32,000 nt of DNA from Candidatus Methylomirabilis limnetica. Its GTDB lineage: Bacteria > Methylomirabilota > Methylomirabilia > Methylomirabilales > Methylomirabilaceae. Of the stretch, positions 7,923-15,720 are shown piece after piece. The stretch is taken from the NCBI RefSeq assembly GCF_003044035.1, contig NZ_NVQC01000015.1:123529-155528 (forward strand). The letters run 5' to 3'. Within the stretch, counting starts at the first letter, position 1, and the number at the start of each line of letters is the position of its first letter. The translations under genes and the position numbers were made by a program. The notes beneath the pieces were generated by a model, which was given only the letters and a program-made list of their open reading frames with translations, did not search any database and had not been told where the DNA came from.

Positions 7923-8735
7923 TCAGGCGGCTGCCGGCCGGAAAAGCATCAGATCGCAAGGGCTCTTCCGCACCAAATAATCCACGGTACCAGCACGTAA
8001 CCACCGCAGGAAGCTCTGCGGCCCCTTGGTACCCAAAAAGATGAGATCGTGCCGCCTAGCCGCCGCCTCAGCCGTGATCCCAGGACCGTGGCGACGGCCC
8101 CACGAGACCCGCGTCCCAGGAGCCAGACCTCGGCGGGAGAGCGCCACAATGAACGGGTGCAACTTACGTTCCGCTTGTTCCGGCGTCTCCCCTCCAAAGC
8201 GCTGGCGATCGAACAGTCGCGTTAACGGTTGCCTCAACTGGAAGAGAACGATTCGGGCTTGCCAGTACCCTCCAAGGTTGGCCAGGAGGTCGGCCGCCGC
8301 ATCGAGGCCACCGCCTTCAAACTCACCGGAATAGACCGGGACCAGGATCTCGTGTGGTGAAGCCATCCTTCCAGGATGGACGACCCGGACCAGCAATATC
8401 GCACATGGGATCTCACGGAGGAGGCGACGCACAACCTCCGGTCTTGTCACGGACGCCATGGCCAGCGTGATCTCCTCGCGCGCCACATATTCCCGCATGA
8501 CCCGGACCGGATCGCCGATCTCTGTCACGCTCCGCACCTTCAGGCCAAGGGCATGCGCCTGTCTAAAAAGATGCAGCAGCGACTCCTCGGCGCGTCTCAT
8601 CGCCTCACCAGATTGATCCTCCGCGACAAAGAGCAACTCGATCTCCGCCCCGCAGGCCTTGGCCAAAGCAAGAGCGTAGCGCGCTCCGGCTTCCGCGGCG
8701 AAAGAGCCGTCCACCATCATCAGGATCTTCTGCAT
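7923..8735 (-). CDS. Tandem-domain universal stress protein (UspA family)
   Basis: The track starts at a GTG at 8759. The ATG at 8735 gives the typical MQKILMMVDGS N-terminus. The C-terminal domain has the ATP-binding G-x2-G-x9-G-T motif (GTKGPQSFLRWLRAGT). Confidence 0.85.
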   Translation of the reverse strand: MQKILMMVDGSFAAEAGARYALALAKACGAEIELLFVAEDQSGEAMRRAEESLLHLFRQAHALGLKVRSVTEIGDPVRVMREYVAREEITLAMASVTRPEVVRRLLREIPCAILLVRVVHPGRMASPHEILVPVYSGEFEGGGLDAAADLLANLGGYWQARIVLFQLRQPLTRLFDRQRFGGETPEQAERKLHPFIVALSRRGLAPGTRVSWGRRHGPGITAEAAARRHDLIFLGTKGPQSFLRWLRAGTVDYLVRKSPCDLMLFRPAAA

Positions 8736-8742
8736 CACCGCC

Positions 8743-9387
8743 CTAGCGCATAAACTCACTGACGACCTGCGGATAACCGCGCTCCGTCAGAGCCTTGACG
8801 ATGGGGTCTGGATTGATGGTCCGAAGTCTCAAGATCAGGAGTCGCCTCGCCCCTTCACGAGCCGGCAGGGTCACGAGGCTGGCGATCTCCACCTGCTTCC
8901 CCTCGACGATCCCGATGACCTCGGTGAGTACGCCTGGGCTTGCCGAGATCTCGATCTCGATGCGAGACGCGGTCTGTGTGGCCCCCATCATCTCAGTCAT
9001 GACACCAAGGACATCGGTCTCGGTGAGGATCCCGACCAGCAGCCCCTCCTGAACCACCGGGAGCGCGCCGATCCGCTTCTGGTTCATCAGACAGGCTGCA
9101 TCCTCGATGGGGGTAAGAGGAGAGACCGTGACCACCTCCTTTGTCATAATGTCTTTGACGATCACTGCGGATGTGAAGGCCCGGAACTCCTCCACGGTTG
9201 GATAGTCAAAGGGAGAGGGGGCGGCCTTCTTCACGTCCCGGTCCGAGACAATCCCCACCACACGGTCTCCTTCGACCACCGGGAGGTGGCGGATATTGAA
9301 CCGCCTCAACGTCATCAGCGCATGATCCAGCGTGTCAGACTGGGATAGACTGACCAGCGAACGCCTCATTCGATCCTTAACTCGCAT
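8743..9387 (-). CDS. CBS-pair protein with a C-terminal ACT-like domain (AcuB-like)
   Basis: The ATG at 9387 has AGGAG 7 nt upstream; the track uses a GTG at 9393. Two CBS motifs are present (HLPVVEGDRVVGIVSDRD, GALPVVQEGLLVGILTETD). The C-terminal part (about 70 aa) is ACT-like. Confidence 0.8.
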   Translation of the reverse strand: MRVKDRMRRSLVSLSQSDTLDHALMTLRRFNIRHLPVVEGDRVVGIVSDRDVKKAAPSPFDYPTVEEFRAFTSAVIVKDIMTKEVVTVSPLTPIEDAACLMNQKRIGALPVVQEGLLVGILTETDVLGVMTEMMGATQTASRIEIEISASPGVLTEVIGIVEGKQVEIASLVTLPAREGARRLLILRLRTINPDPIVKALTERGYPQVVSEFMR

Positions 9388-9647
9388 CGTCACGCTCCTT
9401 TCCTTTGCCTCAGCAAATCGGATACTTCCCCGCGGTCAACTCAACGCAGAAATCGGCCAAGCGGTTCGGCCCTTGACCGATCACCAGCTCGGCCTCTTGT
9501 CTGATCCGTTCACAACCCCCAGCCTATCACATCCGGACGCGGCAAGCTGCGCGGAATGAGCCCCCTGCAGATTCAATGAGGGCATACTGACCATTCTTCG
9601 GTGTCAGGAATAGCGCTTGCCAGAGACCAAGAGCTTCCCTGCCCACA

Positions 9648-10511
9648 TCAGGCTGCTTCGCGTTCCGGATCTCCCTCGACCACTGCCTGATCGCGCCGTC
9701 TGCGGTACGGTTGGCACCGAACGTGCTCGGCCTTTGTGCACAGATCGCGAAACTCGGCAACGGTAACAACTTGAAGCCCCCCGTAAGGGTGCGCCAAGCA
9801 GTATCCTTCGATGCGGTACCAGGAGTGGGGAGTGGTTCGTCGCAGGTAGGGGCACGCCTCACTTCGCTCACCCTGCTCACCTGCGCTATCCGGAGCCTGT
9901 AGGTCCGACAGCACATTCATCACGCTTCCTCCGCGGTCAGCCTCACGATCCCTGTTCAACGAGACTGTCGCCTGGCCGACCTGAAAGGCTTCAAGAAACC
10001 TCACCACCCGATCTGCAGCTTGCGTCACTTGAAGCTCCTCGGTATCAAGCACGAGCTCAGGGTGAAGCGGTGGCTCGTACACCTCATCGACGCCCGGAAC
10101 AGTCGATCCCTTGCGACCCGCTTGCCCATAGACATCAGCAGGAGCGTGGCTGCCACGCCGACACCCCGCCCGCGCCAGACAAGCCGGGAGAGACGCGCAG
10201 AGAAAGATCTCAGCAAAGGCAGGGATCAGCGCCCGGGCCACATCGCGGAACCGTCGTCTGTGGGCGGTCGCATCGATGATCACGCTCACCCCCTCGTTGT
10301 AGAGAAGCCACGCCATGTAGGCGAGGGCGAGATAGAGAACCTCGCGCTCCTCGGCTGTATAGCTTGGTGAGGGGGTTACCACCCTGCGGATCTCATCGAG
10401 TTCCAACACCCGCACCCGAATTCCGCGTTCCTCCAGGCGCCGAGCGACCTCACGCCCCACGCTACTCTTGCCGCTTCCGGGAAGTCCTGTGAGCCACGTC
10501 ACCCACGCCAT
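9648..10511 (-). CDS. P-loop kinase (adenylylsulfate-kinase-like fold) with a Cys/His-rich C-terminal extension
   Basis: Walker A is GLPGSGKSS. VPGVDEVYEPPLHPELVLDT resembles the APS-kinase C-terminal motif. AAGGAG lies 7 nt upstream of the ATG at 10511. The last 90 aa or so (CPYL...GYCL...LCTKAEHVRC) is a domain I do not recognise. Confidence 0.7.
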   Translation of the reverse strand: MAWVTWLTGLPGSGKSSVGREVARRLEERGIRVRVLELDEIRRVVTPSPSYTAEEREVLYLALAYMAWLLYNEGVSVIIDATAHRRRFRDVARALIPAFAEIFLCASLPACLARAGCRRGSHAPADVYGQAGRKGSTVPGVDEVYEPPLHPELVLDTEELQVTQAADRVVRFLEAFQVGQATVSLNRDREADRGGSVMNVLSDLQAPDSAGEQGERSEACPYLRRTTPHSWYRIEGYCLAHPYGGLQVVTVAEFRDLCTKAEHVRCQPYRRRRDQAVVEGDPEREAA

Positions 10512-10521
10512 CGCAATCTCC

Positions 10522-11649
10522 TTACATCAGGTATCGATTGAGATCCTTGTGATCGAACTGCTCGACTTGGAGCATCGCCTTGGCGAACCGAAATAGCTTC
10601 ACGCGCACCTGCTCCGGAAGGTCAGGATACCAGCGCGGGCTCGCGATCACTAAAGCCCGAAAAACGTAGAAGGGTGGGATTACGGAGTTCAGCTCCAGAT
10701 CGTGGGTCCGCTCAAGGTACTCGCCGTAAAAGAGATCGAACAGCTCCCGGAATGGCCCCTCCATTTGCCCCGACCGCAAGAGCGAGAAGAAAAGGTAATT
10801 GATGCTCAAGGCCGCGATGTCATCGGCCGGCTCCCCCCACTCCCCACGACTCCGGTCGAGCAGCGTAAAATCGGTCCCCTCTCGAAAGAGGATGTTCCAG
10901 GGGTGAAAATCGCCGTGAACGATACTCAGGCGCTCGGCCTTTTCTTTCAGGTAGTGTCGCCAGGCCATACATCCGCTCTCTATGAGGTACTGTTGTTGGG
11001 ATGGGAGGGGGAGATACCCGGCCGGGTACCCATCAAGGATCCCCATGATCCCCTCACCGTGGCCGATCAGATCCCGGATCCGACGGAAGTACAACTGGAC
11101 ATCCTGGCCTTTCTCTGCGTGAATCTTCGCCAGATACCCAGAGAGCGCCCTGGCCCGGTCGAAGTCGGAAGCGGTCGCCTTCCCCTCGGTCCGAATCCGC
11201 TCAAGATCGACCCGATACACAGCCCCATCGACCTTCTCTACGAGGAGGAAGTATTCCTTTGCGCGCCCAGCCGATTGCAACTGTCCTTCGTCGGTGAAGA
11301 AGCCGACGTCAAGGCTCCCTACGTGGCGCGCAAGCTTCCCGTAGGCGGCATGCGCCCAGATCAAGGAGCCCGCCCTGTCGGCCATGTGATCGTGGCCAAA
11401 GCCCGGGCCTCTCCGCATCGTGGAGAGGACGTACGAACGGGGAATCCCGTTGAGGAGCAGGTCGATCTGAATCGGCTGGCCATAGCCGAACGCCTTCAGG
11501 TCGGAACCCCGCAGAACTCCGGGCTCCTGCATGGCAAAGGTGGACTCATCGCCCGTAAGCGGTCGAAAGGCCTGCACCTGTACGACGCCACCGAGGGCGA
11601 CTTTGAGATACTGGGCCAGCGCCTCGTGCTGCACCGTCATCTCGCTCAC
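10522..11649 (-). CDS. Aminoglycoside-phosphotransferase/protein-kinase-like fold (APH family) kinase
   Basis: 375 aa. The catalytic loop is IVHGDFHPWNILF, followed by LLDRSRGEWGEPADDIA. The start is either the GTG at 11649 (GTGA overlap with the upstream USP stop) or the ATG at 11640. Confidence 0.8.
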   Translation of the reverse strand: MSEMTVQHEALAQYLKVALGGVVQVQAFRPLTGDESTFAMQEPGVLRGSDLKAFGYGQPIQIDLLLNGIPRSYVLSTMRRGPGFGHDHMADRAGSLIWAHAAYGKLARHVGSLDVGFFTDEGQLQSAGRAKEYFLLVEKVDGAVYRVDLERIRTEGKATASDFDRARALSGYLAKIHAEKGQDVQLYFRRIRDLIGHGEGIMGILDGYPAGYLPLPSQQQYLIESGCMAWRHYLKEKAERLSIVHGDFHPWNILFREGTDFTLLDRSRGEWGEPADDIAALSINYLFFSLLRSGQMEGPFRELFDLFYGEYLERTHDLELNSVIPPFYVFRALVIASPRWYPDLPEQVRVKLFRFAKAMLQVEQFDHKDLNRYLM

Positions 11650-12104
11650 CCCCTCTTTGCCGCCTCTACACCTTTCGTCGCCGGAAGCTTCACGGTCAGG
11701 ACTGGGCAGGAGGCGTGGCGAACCACCCGCTCGGCGACACTTCCCAGAAAGACATGAGCCAGCCCGGTTCGTCCGCTGGTCCCCATCACGATGAGATCGA
11801 TCTTTTCCTTCTCAGCAAACCTCGTGATCTCGGCATACTCTACCCCGACCTGCACGTCACGGTGAAAGACCAGGTTCGGCTCTTTGGCACCCTCTACCAG
11901 CTTATCCAAGCTCTCCTCAGCATTCTTGACCAGACCGTCGATGACCTGTCCAAGATCGTACTCCGGCGTCTGGGGAGGAAAGTAGATAACATGAAGAAGG
12001 TAGAGTTCAGCGCCAAATTCGCGGGCGAACGTGAGCGCATACTGGAATGCGTGTTCGGCATCATGGGAGAAGTCGGTCGGAAAAAGGACCCGTGAGATTT
12101 GCAT
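11646..12104 (-). CDS. Universal stress protein (single UspA domain, ATP-binding type)
   Basis: The track ORF extends to 12212. The internal ATG at 12104 (MQISRVLFPTDFS) has AGGAGG 6 nt upstream. The G-x2-G-x9-G-S motif is present (GTSGRTGLAHVFLGS). Confidence 0.85.
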   Translation of the reverse strand: MQISRVLFPTDFSHDAEHAFQYALTFAREFGAELYLLHVIYFPPQTPEYDLGQVIDGLVKNAEESLDKLVEGAKEPNLVFHRDVQVGVEYAEITRFAEKEKIDLIVMGTSGRTGLAHVFLGSVAERVVRHASCPVLTVKLPATKGVEAAKRG

Positions 12105-12276
12105 TCGTCCCTCCTGTCGATTGCAATAACTGACCTTCCGCCCCTGCTCACGCGCTATAAGCTCCTTACAGGCTATCGGCCTGATGCTTAGAGCGCTGCC
12201 TCCTCTACACACAATCTATACCGGATACCACCAATCGGCTAGAGCATTTGAATGCGAAAATGGGTCAATTGAAGGA

Positions 12277-12458
12277 ATAAACTACCCCGCAGCAAGCTGC
12301 AGGGTATCGTCTTCTGTTCTGGCCAGTCATTCCGTGCTTGACGAGCCTGCCCCGTACTGGATACGGGGGAATCCAGTCGGACCCTCTGGATACCGGCTTT
12401 CGCCGGTATGACGAACTCGCGGCAAGCCGCGGGGTATCGAACCGCAACGCAAATGAAT
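12277..12458 (+). repeat. Composite multi-hairpin intergenic element, copy B (full form)
   Basis: Bounded by ATAAAC (12277-12282) and ATGAAT (12453-12458). Contains all the hairpin modules, including one CCCCGTA-CTGGA-TACGGGG module. Confidence 0.85.
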
Positions 12459-12579
12459 GGGGTTTGTCACGCGACCGACAGTGCTCGGCTGTGCAGGACT
12501 CAACATACTCGGCGACGCTGGGGATTCTGAGCTTCCCATCCAGGCGGCCTCGACAATAGCCTGTGACCGGCGCACATCC

Positions 12580-13689
12580 TCAATCGCCTTCCGTCGCCCC
12601 TACCATCGCGGCCTCCGGCCTATAGGCACACAGCGGATCACTTCCCATGGGATCGCCGGTCTCGGCAAATGCACGGGCTCGCGACCCGCCACAGACCCAG
12701 CGAAACTCGCAGATGCCACACTTGCCGGAATATTGATCCGCGTCGCGGAGTTTAGTAAATATCTCCGAGTGACGGTATAACGCCACAGGGCTTTCCCGAC
12801 GCACGTTCCCGGCAATCGCTGGCAGGAACCCGGATGGATAGACATCCCCGGTGTGCGAGATAAACATGATACCGTTCCCGTCGCGAATCCCGAACCCGCG
12901 CCCAATGGGCGTCTGCCGAATCGCGGCGTCATCCAGGCCTTCCAGCCGCATTCGCATATAGGCAACGCGACGAAAGTGCGGGGCCTCCGTCGCCTTGATC
13001 GCGAATGGGGCAGTCTTGACAATATCGTAGATCCAGTTATGAAGCGCCTCGGCCTCGCTGGGTCTGATCTCGCGCAGCGCCCGACCGCGCCCCGTGGCGA
13101 TCAGATAAAAGAGACTCCACCGCATAATCCCCAGGTCCCGAAGCAACCGGAACACATCAGGCAGCTCCGTCATGGTTTCGGGGGTGACCAGGGTGTTGAT
13201 CTGAAGTGGGATGGCCGCTGCCCGGACAGCATGGATGGCACGCATGGTGGTATCGAAGCAACCCGCGACTCCGCGGAACCGATCGTGGCTCTCGGCCGTC
13301 GAGCCGTCGATACTGAGCGACATACTCACGACCCCGTTAGCCGCCAGAGCCGAGATCGCGTCTGACGTGAGCAGTGGGGTACCGCTCGGAGCCACGGATA
13401 TCGGCAACCCAACGCTTCTGCCGTGCCGTATCAGCTCAAAGAAATCCGGACGCTTCAGTGGGTCGCCTCCGGTCAGGACCAGTTGCGGGGGCGGGTCCCC
13501 GAACGCCCGCAGCTCCGCGAGTAGCGCCTTCGCCTCTTCCGTGCTGAGCTCCAAGGGGTCGCGCTCCGCGATGGCTTCAGCTCGACAATGCTTGCATGCC
13601 AGGTCGCATGCCCGCGTAAGCTCCCAATAGATCAGCTTTGGAGCCTCGGCAAAGACCAAGTGATCAAATGCAGTAATAACAGGATACAT
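12580..13689 (-). CDS. Radical SAM enzyme with a C-terminal SPASM-like Cys-rich domain
   Basis: CDLACKHC (CX3CX2C) lies near the N-terminus. The C-terminal segment is YSGKCGICEFRWVCGGSRARAF. I prefer the ATG at 13689 (MYPVITAF...), which has GGAGGG upstream, over the track start at 13800. Confidence 0.85.
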   Translation of the reverse strand: MYPVITAFDHLVFAEAPKLIYWELTRACDLACKHCRAEAIAERDPLELSTEEAKALLAELRAFGDPPPQLVLTGGDPLKRPDFFELIRHGRSVGLPISVAPSGTPLLTSDAISALAANGVVSMSLSIDGSTAESHDRFRGVAGCFDTTMRAIHAVRAAAIPLQINTLVTPETMTELPDVFRLLRDLGIMRWSLFYLIATGRGRALREIRPSEAEALHNWIYDIVKTAPFAIKATEAPHFRRVAYMRMRLEGLDDAAIRQTPIGRGFGIRDGNGIMFISHTGDVYPSGFLPAIAGNVRRESPVALYRHSEIFTKLRDADQYSGKCGICEFRWVCGGSRARAFAETGDPMGSDPLCAYRPEAAMVGATEGD

Positions 13690-13906
13690 AACCCTCCCTC
13701 GGCAAATTGATGCCTGACCCCTTTCTCGCAGTGAACCAGACCCCGCCGTATCATCAGAATAAATCATAGCAGGGCAGCATCGCTTCACTAAGCATAGCAT
13801 GTCAACGCGCTAGCTGCTACTGGATCATACCTGTTACAAGACACCATAACGGTACGTACCAGCAGTCTTGTCGATGCGTCCCTGGGCTTACACCCGACAA
13901 CCTCGT

Positions 13907-15592
13907 CTATCGCACCCCGGCCAACTCTTGCAGGCGCCGCCAGTTGGCAAGCCGCTCGGCTTGGGCGTAGCGCAGGGTTTCAGACGGATGGCCCTCCGCA
14001 TCGAACTGTTTCGCGAACCGGCCCTCTGTCCTGGCGAAAGCAAGAAAGTCGATGACCTCTCCTGTATGGGGAACCTTGTACCAGTCTTCGCCCACCGACG
14101 GGTTACCCGCCAGGCTGAGTCGCTCTTTAATCCTCTCCCCCTTTCGTGGATCGTACATAAAGAGGGGGAAGGCCCGAGAATCTACCGCCAGCTTCGCCTG
14201 ATGCGAGGACCGGTCGTCCGCCACGCCGTGCTCGGGCTGGCAGGTGGTGTAGACACTGACTACGGCCGGACCGCGGTACTCATTGGCCGCCATGATGGCC
14301 CGGTAAAAATGATTGATATGGGCCGCTGTGGTCTGCGCGACAAAGACATCCGGGTGCATCATGGCGATGAGCGCCAGCTCTTTCCGCCGCTCCTGCTTGC
14401 CGCGCACCGCCTTGCCAAAGCTGGCCATCTTTGCATCCTGCCCTATATAGGTCGCTGAGGAGGCCTGTCCACCAGTGTTGGAATAGACTTGCGTATCCAG
14501 GATCAGCACGTTGATGTCCATTCCAGAGGTCAGCATCCGCGACAGCGACTGGAAGCCGATATCGTACATCGCCCCGTCCCCCCCGATGACCCAGAGCTTC
14601 TTCTCCTGCCATCCGCGCTGATCCCACTTGGCGCGAACTCCCATCGCCACGGCCGGCGCATTCTCAAACAGGGAGTTGGTCCAGGGAACCAGATACGGGT
14701 TGTACGGATAGGTCGAGCCGTAGACCGTGTTGCACCCTGTCGCCGCCACGATCCCGACCGCCTCCGCGCCGTGGACGAATCCGGTCGCGGCCAGCATCAT
14801 CCGGATGGCCGTCGCCTCACCACACCCCATGCACGAGCCGGCGCCGCCGACATAGAGGAGCGCCGCCTCCTCGTAGAGCATCATGTCCGCCAGCGCCCGC
14901 TCGTTGATATACTTGCGCGGGGTCGGGCCGACATGTCGAAAGAAGTTAAAATAGCTTCGATAACGGGGGAGCGTCTTCTCGTCCTTCTTCACCATCGTGA
15001 GGGCATGATAACCGAGGGCATCGCAGACCTCGACACACTCGGCGCACCCCTTGCACTTGGTCGGATCGACGAAGATGCCAAAGAGGGCTCCCTCTTCCCC
15101 CTTCTTCTGGTAGACCTCACCATACTTTTTTGTCTCGGCCCACTGGGCCCGGATCCCCTCGCGCTCCTGATCGTCTGTGATAGCATTCAGCTTGGCCTCC
15201 AGGTGCGACCTCGGTATCGCCTTGCCCAGGATGGCGGTGTCGGGACACTCCGTTACACAGGCCATGCAGCCGACACACTTCTCCCGATCGAACTGAGGGA
15301 TCTCCATCGCAATGTAGCTGAAGTCGCGCAGGGCGGCGGTCCCGGGCGGGATCAAGCTGCGGGCTACCCCGACATCGGCCGGCAGACTCTGCTCAGCCGT
15401 CCCGGCCGCATATGCCCCGATGATCCGCTCGTTGAAGTCGCCCACATACTGCTCAATGTCGAGATCCAGGAGCCCGGTTGGCGGTAAGGAGCTTTCATGG
15501 ATCTCTTCCCCAGACCCGCGAGCCTTGGTCCCGTGGACCTGTTCGACGTGCTCCTCATCCAGAGGGTTGTTTTCCGGCTCTTGATCTGTCAT
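13907..15592 (-). CDS. porB: 2-oxoacid(pyruvate):ferredoxin oxidoreductase, fused delta(ferredoxin)-beta(TPP) subunit
   Basis: Two 4Fe-4S motifs (CVGCMACVTECP, CKGCAECVEVCD) are followed by the TPP-binding GGDGAMYDIGFQSLS. Confidence 0.88.
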   Translation of the reverse strand: MTDQEPENNPLDEEHVEQVHGTKARGSGEEIHESSLPPTGLLDLDIEQYVGDFNERIIGAYAAGTAEQSLPADVGVARSLIPPGTAALRDFSYIAMEIPQFDREKCVGCMACVTECPDTAILGKAIPRSHLEAKLNAITDDQEREGIRAQWAETKKYGEVYQKKGEEGALFGIFVDPTKCKGCAECVEVCDALGYHALTMVKKDEKTLPRYRSYFNFFRHVGPTPRKYINERALADMMLYEEAALLYVGGAGSCMGCGEATAIRMMLAATGFVHGAEAVGIVAATGCNTVYGSTYPYNPYLVPWTNSLFENAPAVAMGVRAKWDQRGWQEKKLWVIGGDGAMYDIGFQSLSRMLTSGMDINVLILDTQVYSNTGGQASSATYIGQDAKMASFGKAVRGKQERRKELALIAMMHPDVFVAQTTAAHINHFYRAIMAANEYRGPAVVSVYTTCQPEHGVADDRSSHQAKLAVDSRAFPLFMYDPRKGERIKERLSLAGNPSVGEDWYKVPHTGEVIDFLAFARTEGRFAKQFDAEGHPSETLRYAQAERLANWRRLQELAGVR

Positions 15593-15611
15593 AGCCGAAC
15601 CTTTCCTTCGT

Positions 15612-15692
15612 AGTAGGTCGGGTTAGGCCGTTAAGGCCGTAACCCGACGGCTCACAGGAGGATGTCGGGTTACGCTTCGCTAACCCGACCTA
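15612..15692. repeat. Twin GTCGGGTTA...TAACCCGAC hairpins between the two PFOR genes
   Basis: GTAGGTCGGGTTAGGCCGTTAAGGCCGTAACCCGAC, then GTCGGGTTACGCTTCGCTAACCCGACCTAC. The outer GTAGGTCGGGTTA and TAACCCGACCTAC can also pair with each other. Confidence 0.8.
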
Positions 15693-15720
15693 CACAGACG
15701 AACTACTCAGAACGAGAACC

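Noticed and set aside
9394-9647. The 254-nt leader upstream of the CBS-USP-ATPase operon as a riboswitch (for example an Mg2+ M-box) or a sigma54 promoter
   Set aside because: I could not recognise any riboswitch consensus. The TGGCCG-N5-TGCG and TGGCAA-N5-ATTCC strings have the wrong GG/GC spacing. Only a small TTTGC-N4-GCAAA dyad next to the SD is notable.
10702-11757. Long plus-strand ORFs antisense to minus-strand genes: 10702-11757, 14489-15487, 16204-17391, 21101-22585, 25263-25916, 28320-28988, 6288-6875, 7244-7783, 2652-3317 and others
   Set aside because: Each lies wholly inside a minus-strand gene with clear family motifs. Their translations are Arg/Pro/Gly-rich low-complexity sequence with no motifs or SD. 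These are typical shadow ORFs of a high-GC genome.
13836-13871. ACAAGAC...GTCTTGT hairpin (with an internal GGTACGTACC palindrome) as the PFOR operon terminator
   Set aside because: It has a 7-bp stem with a 22-nt loop and no U-tract, which is too weak to call an intrinsic terminator. It may still be a protein-binding palindrome.
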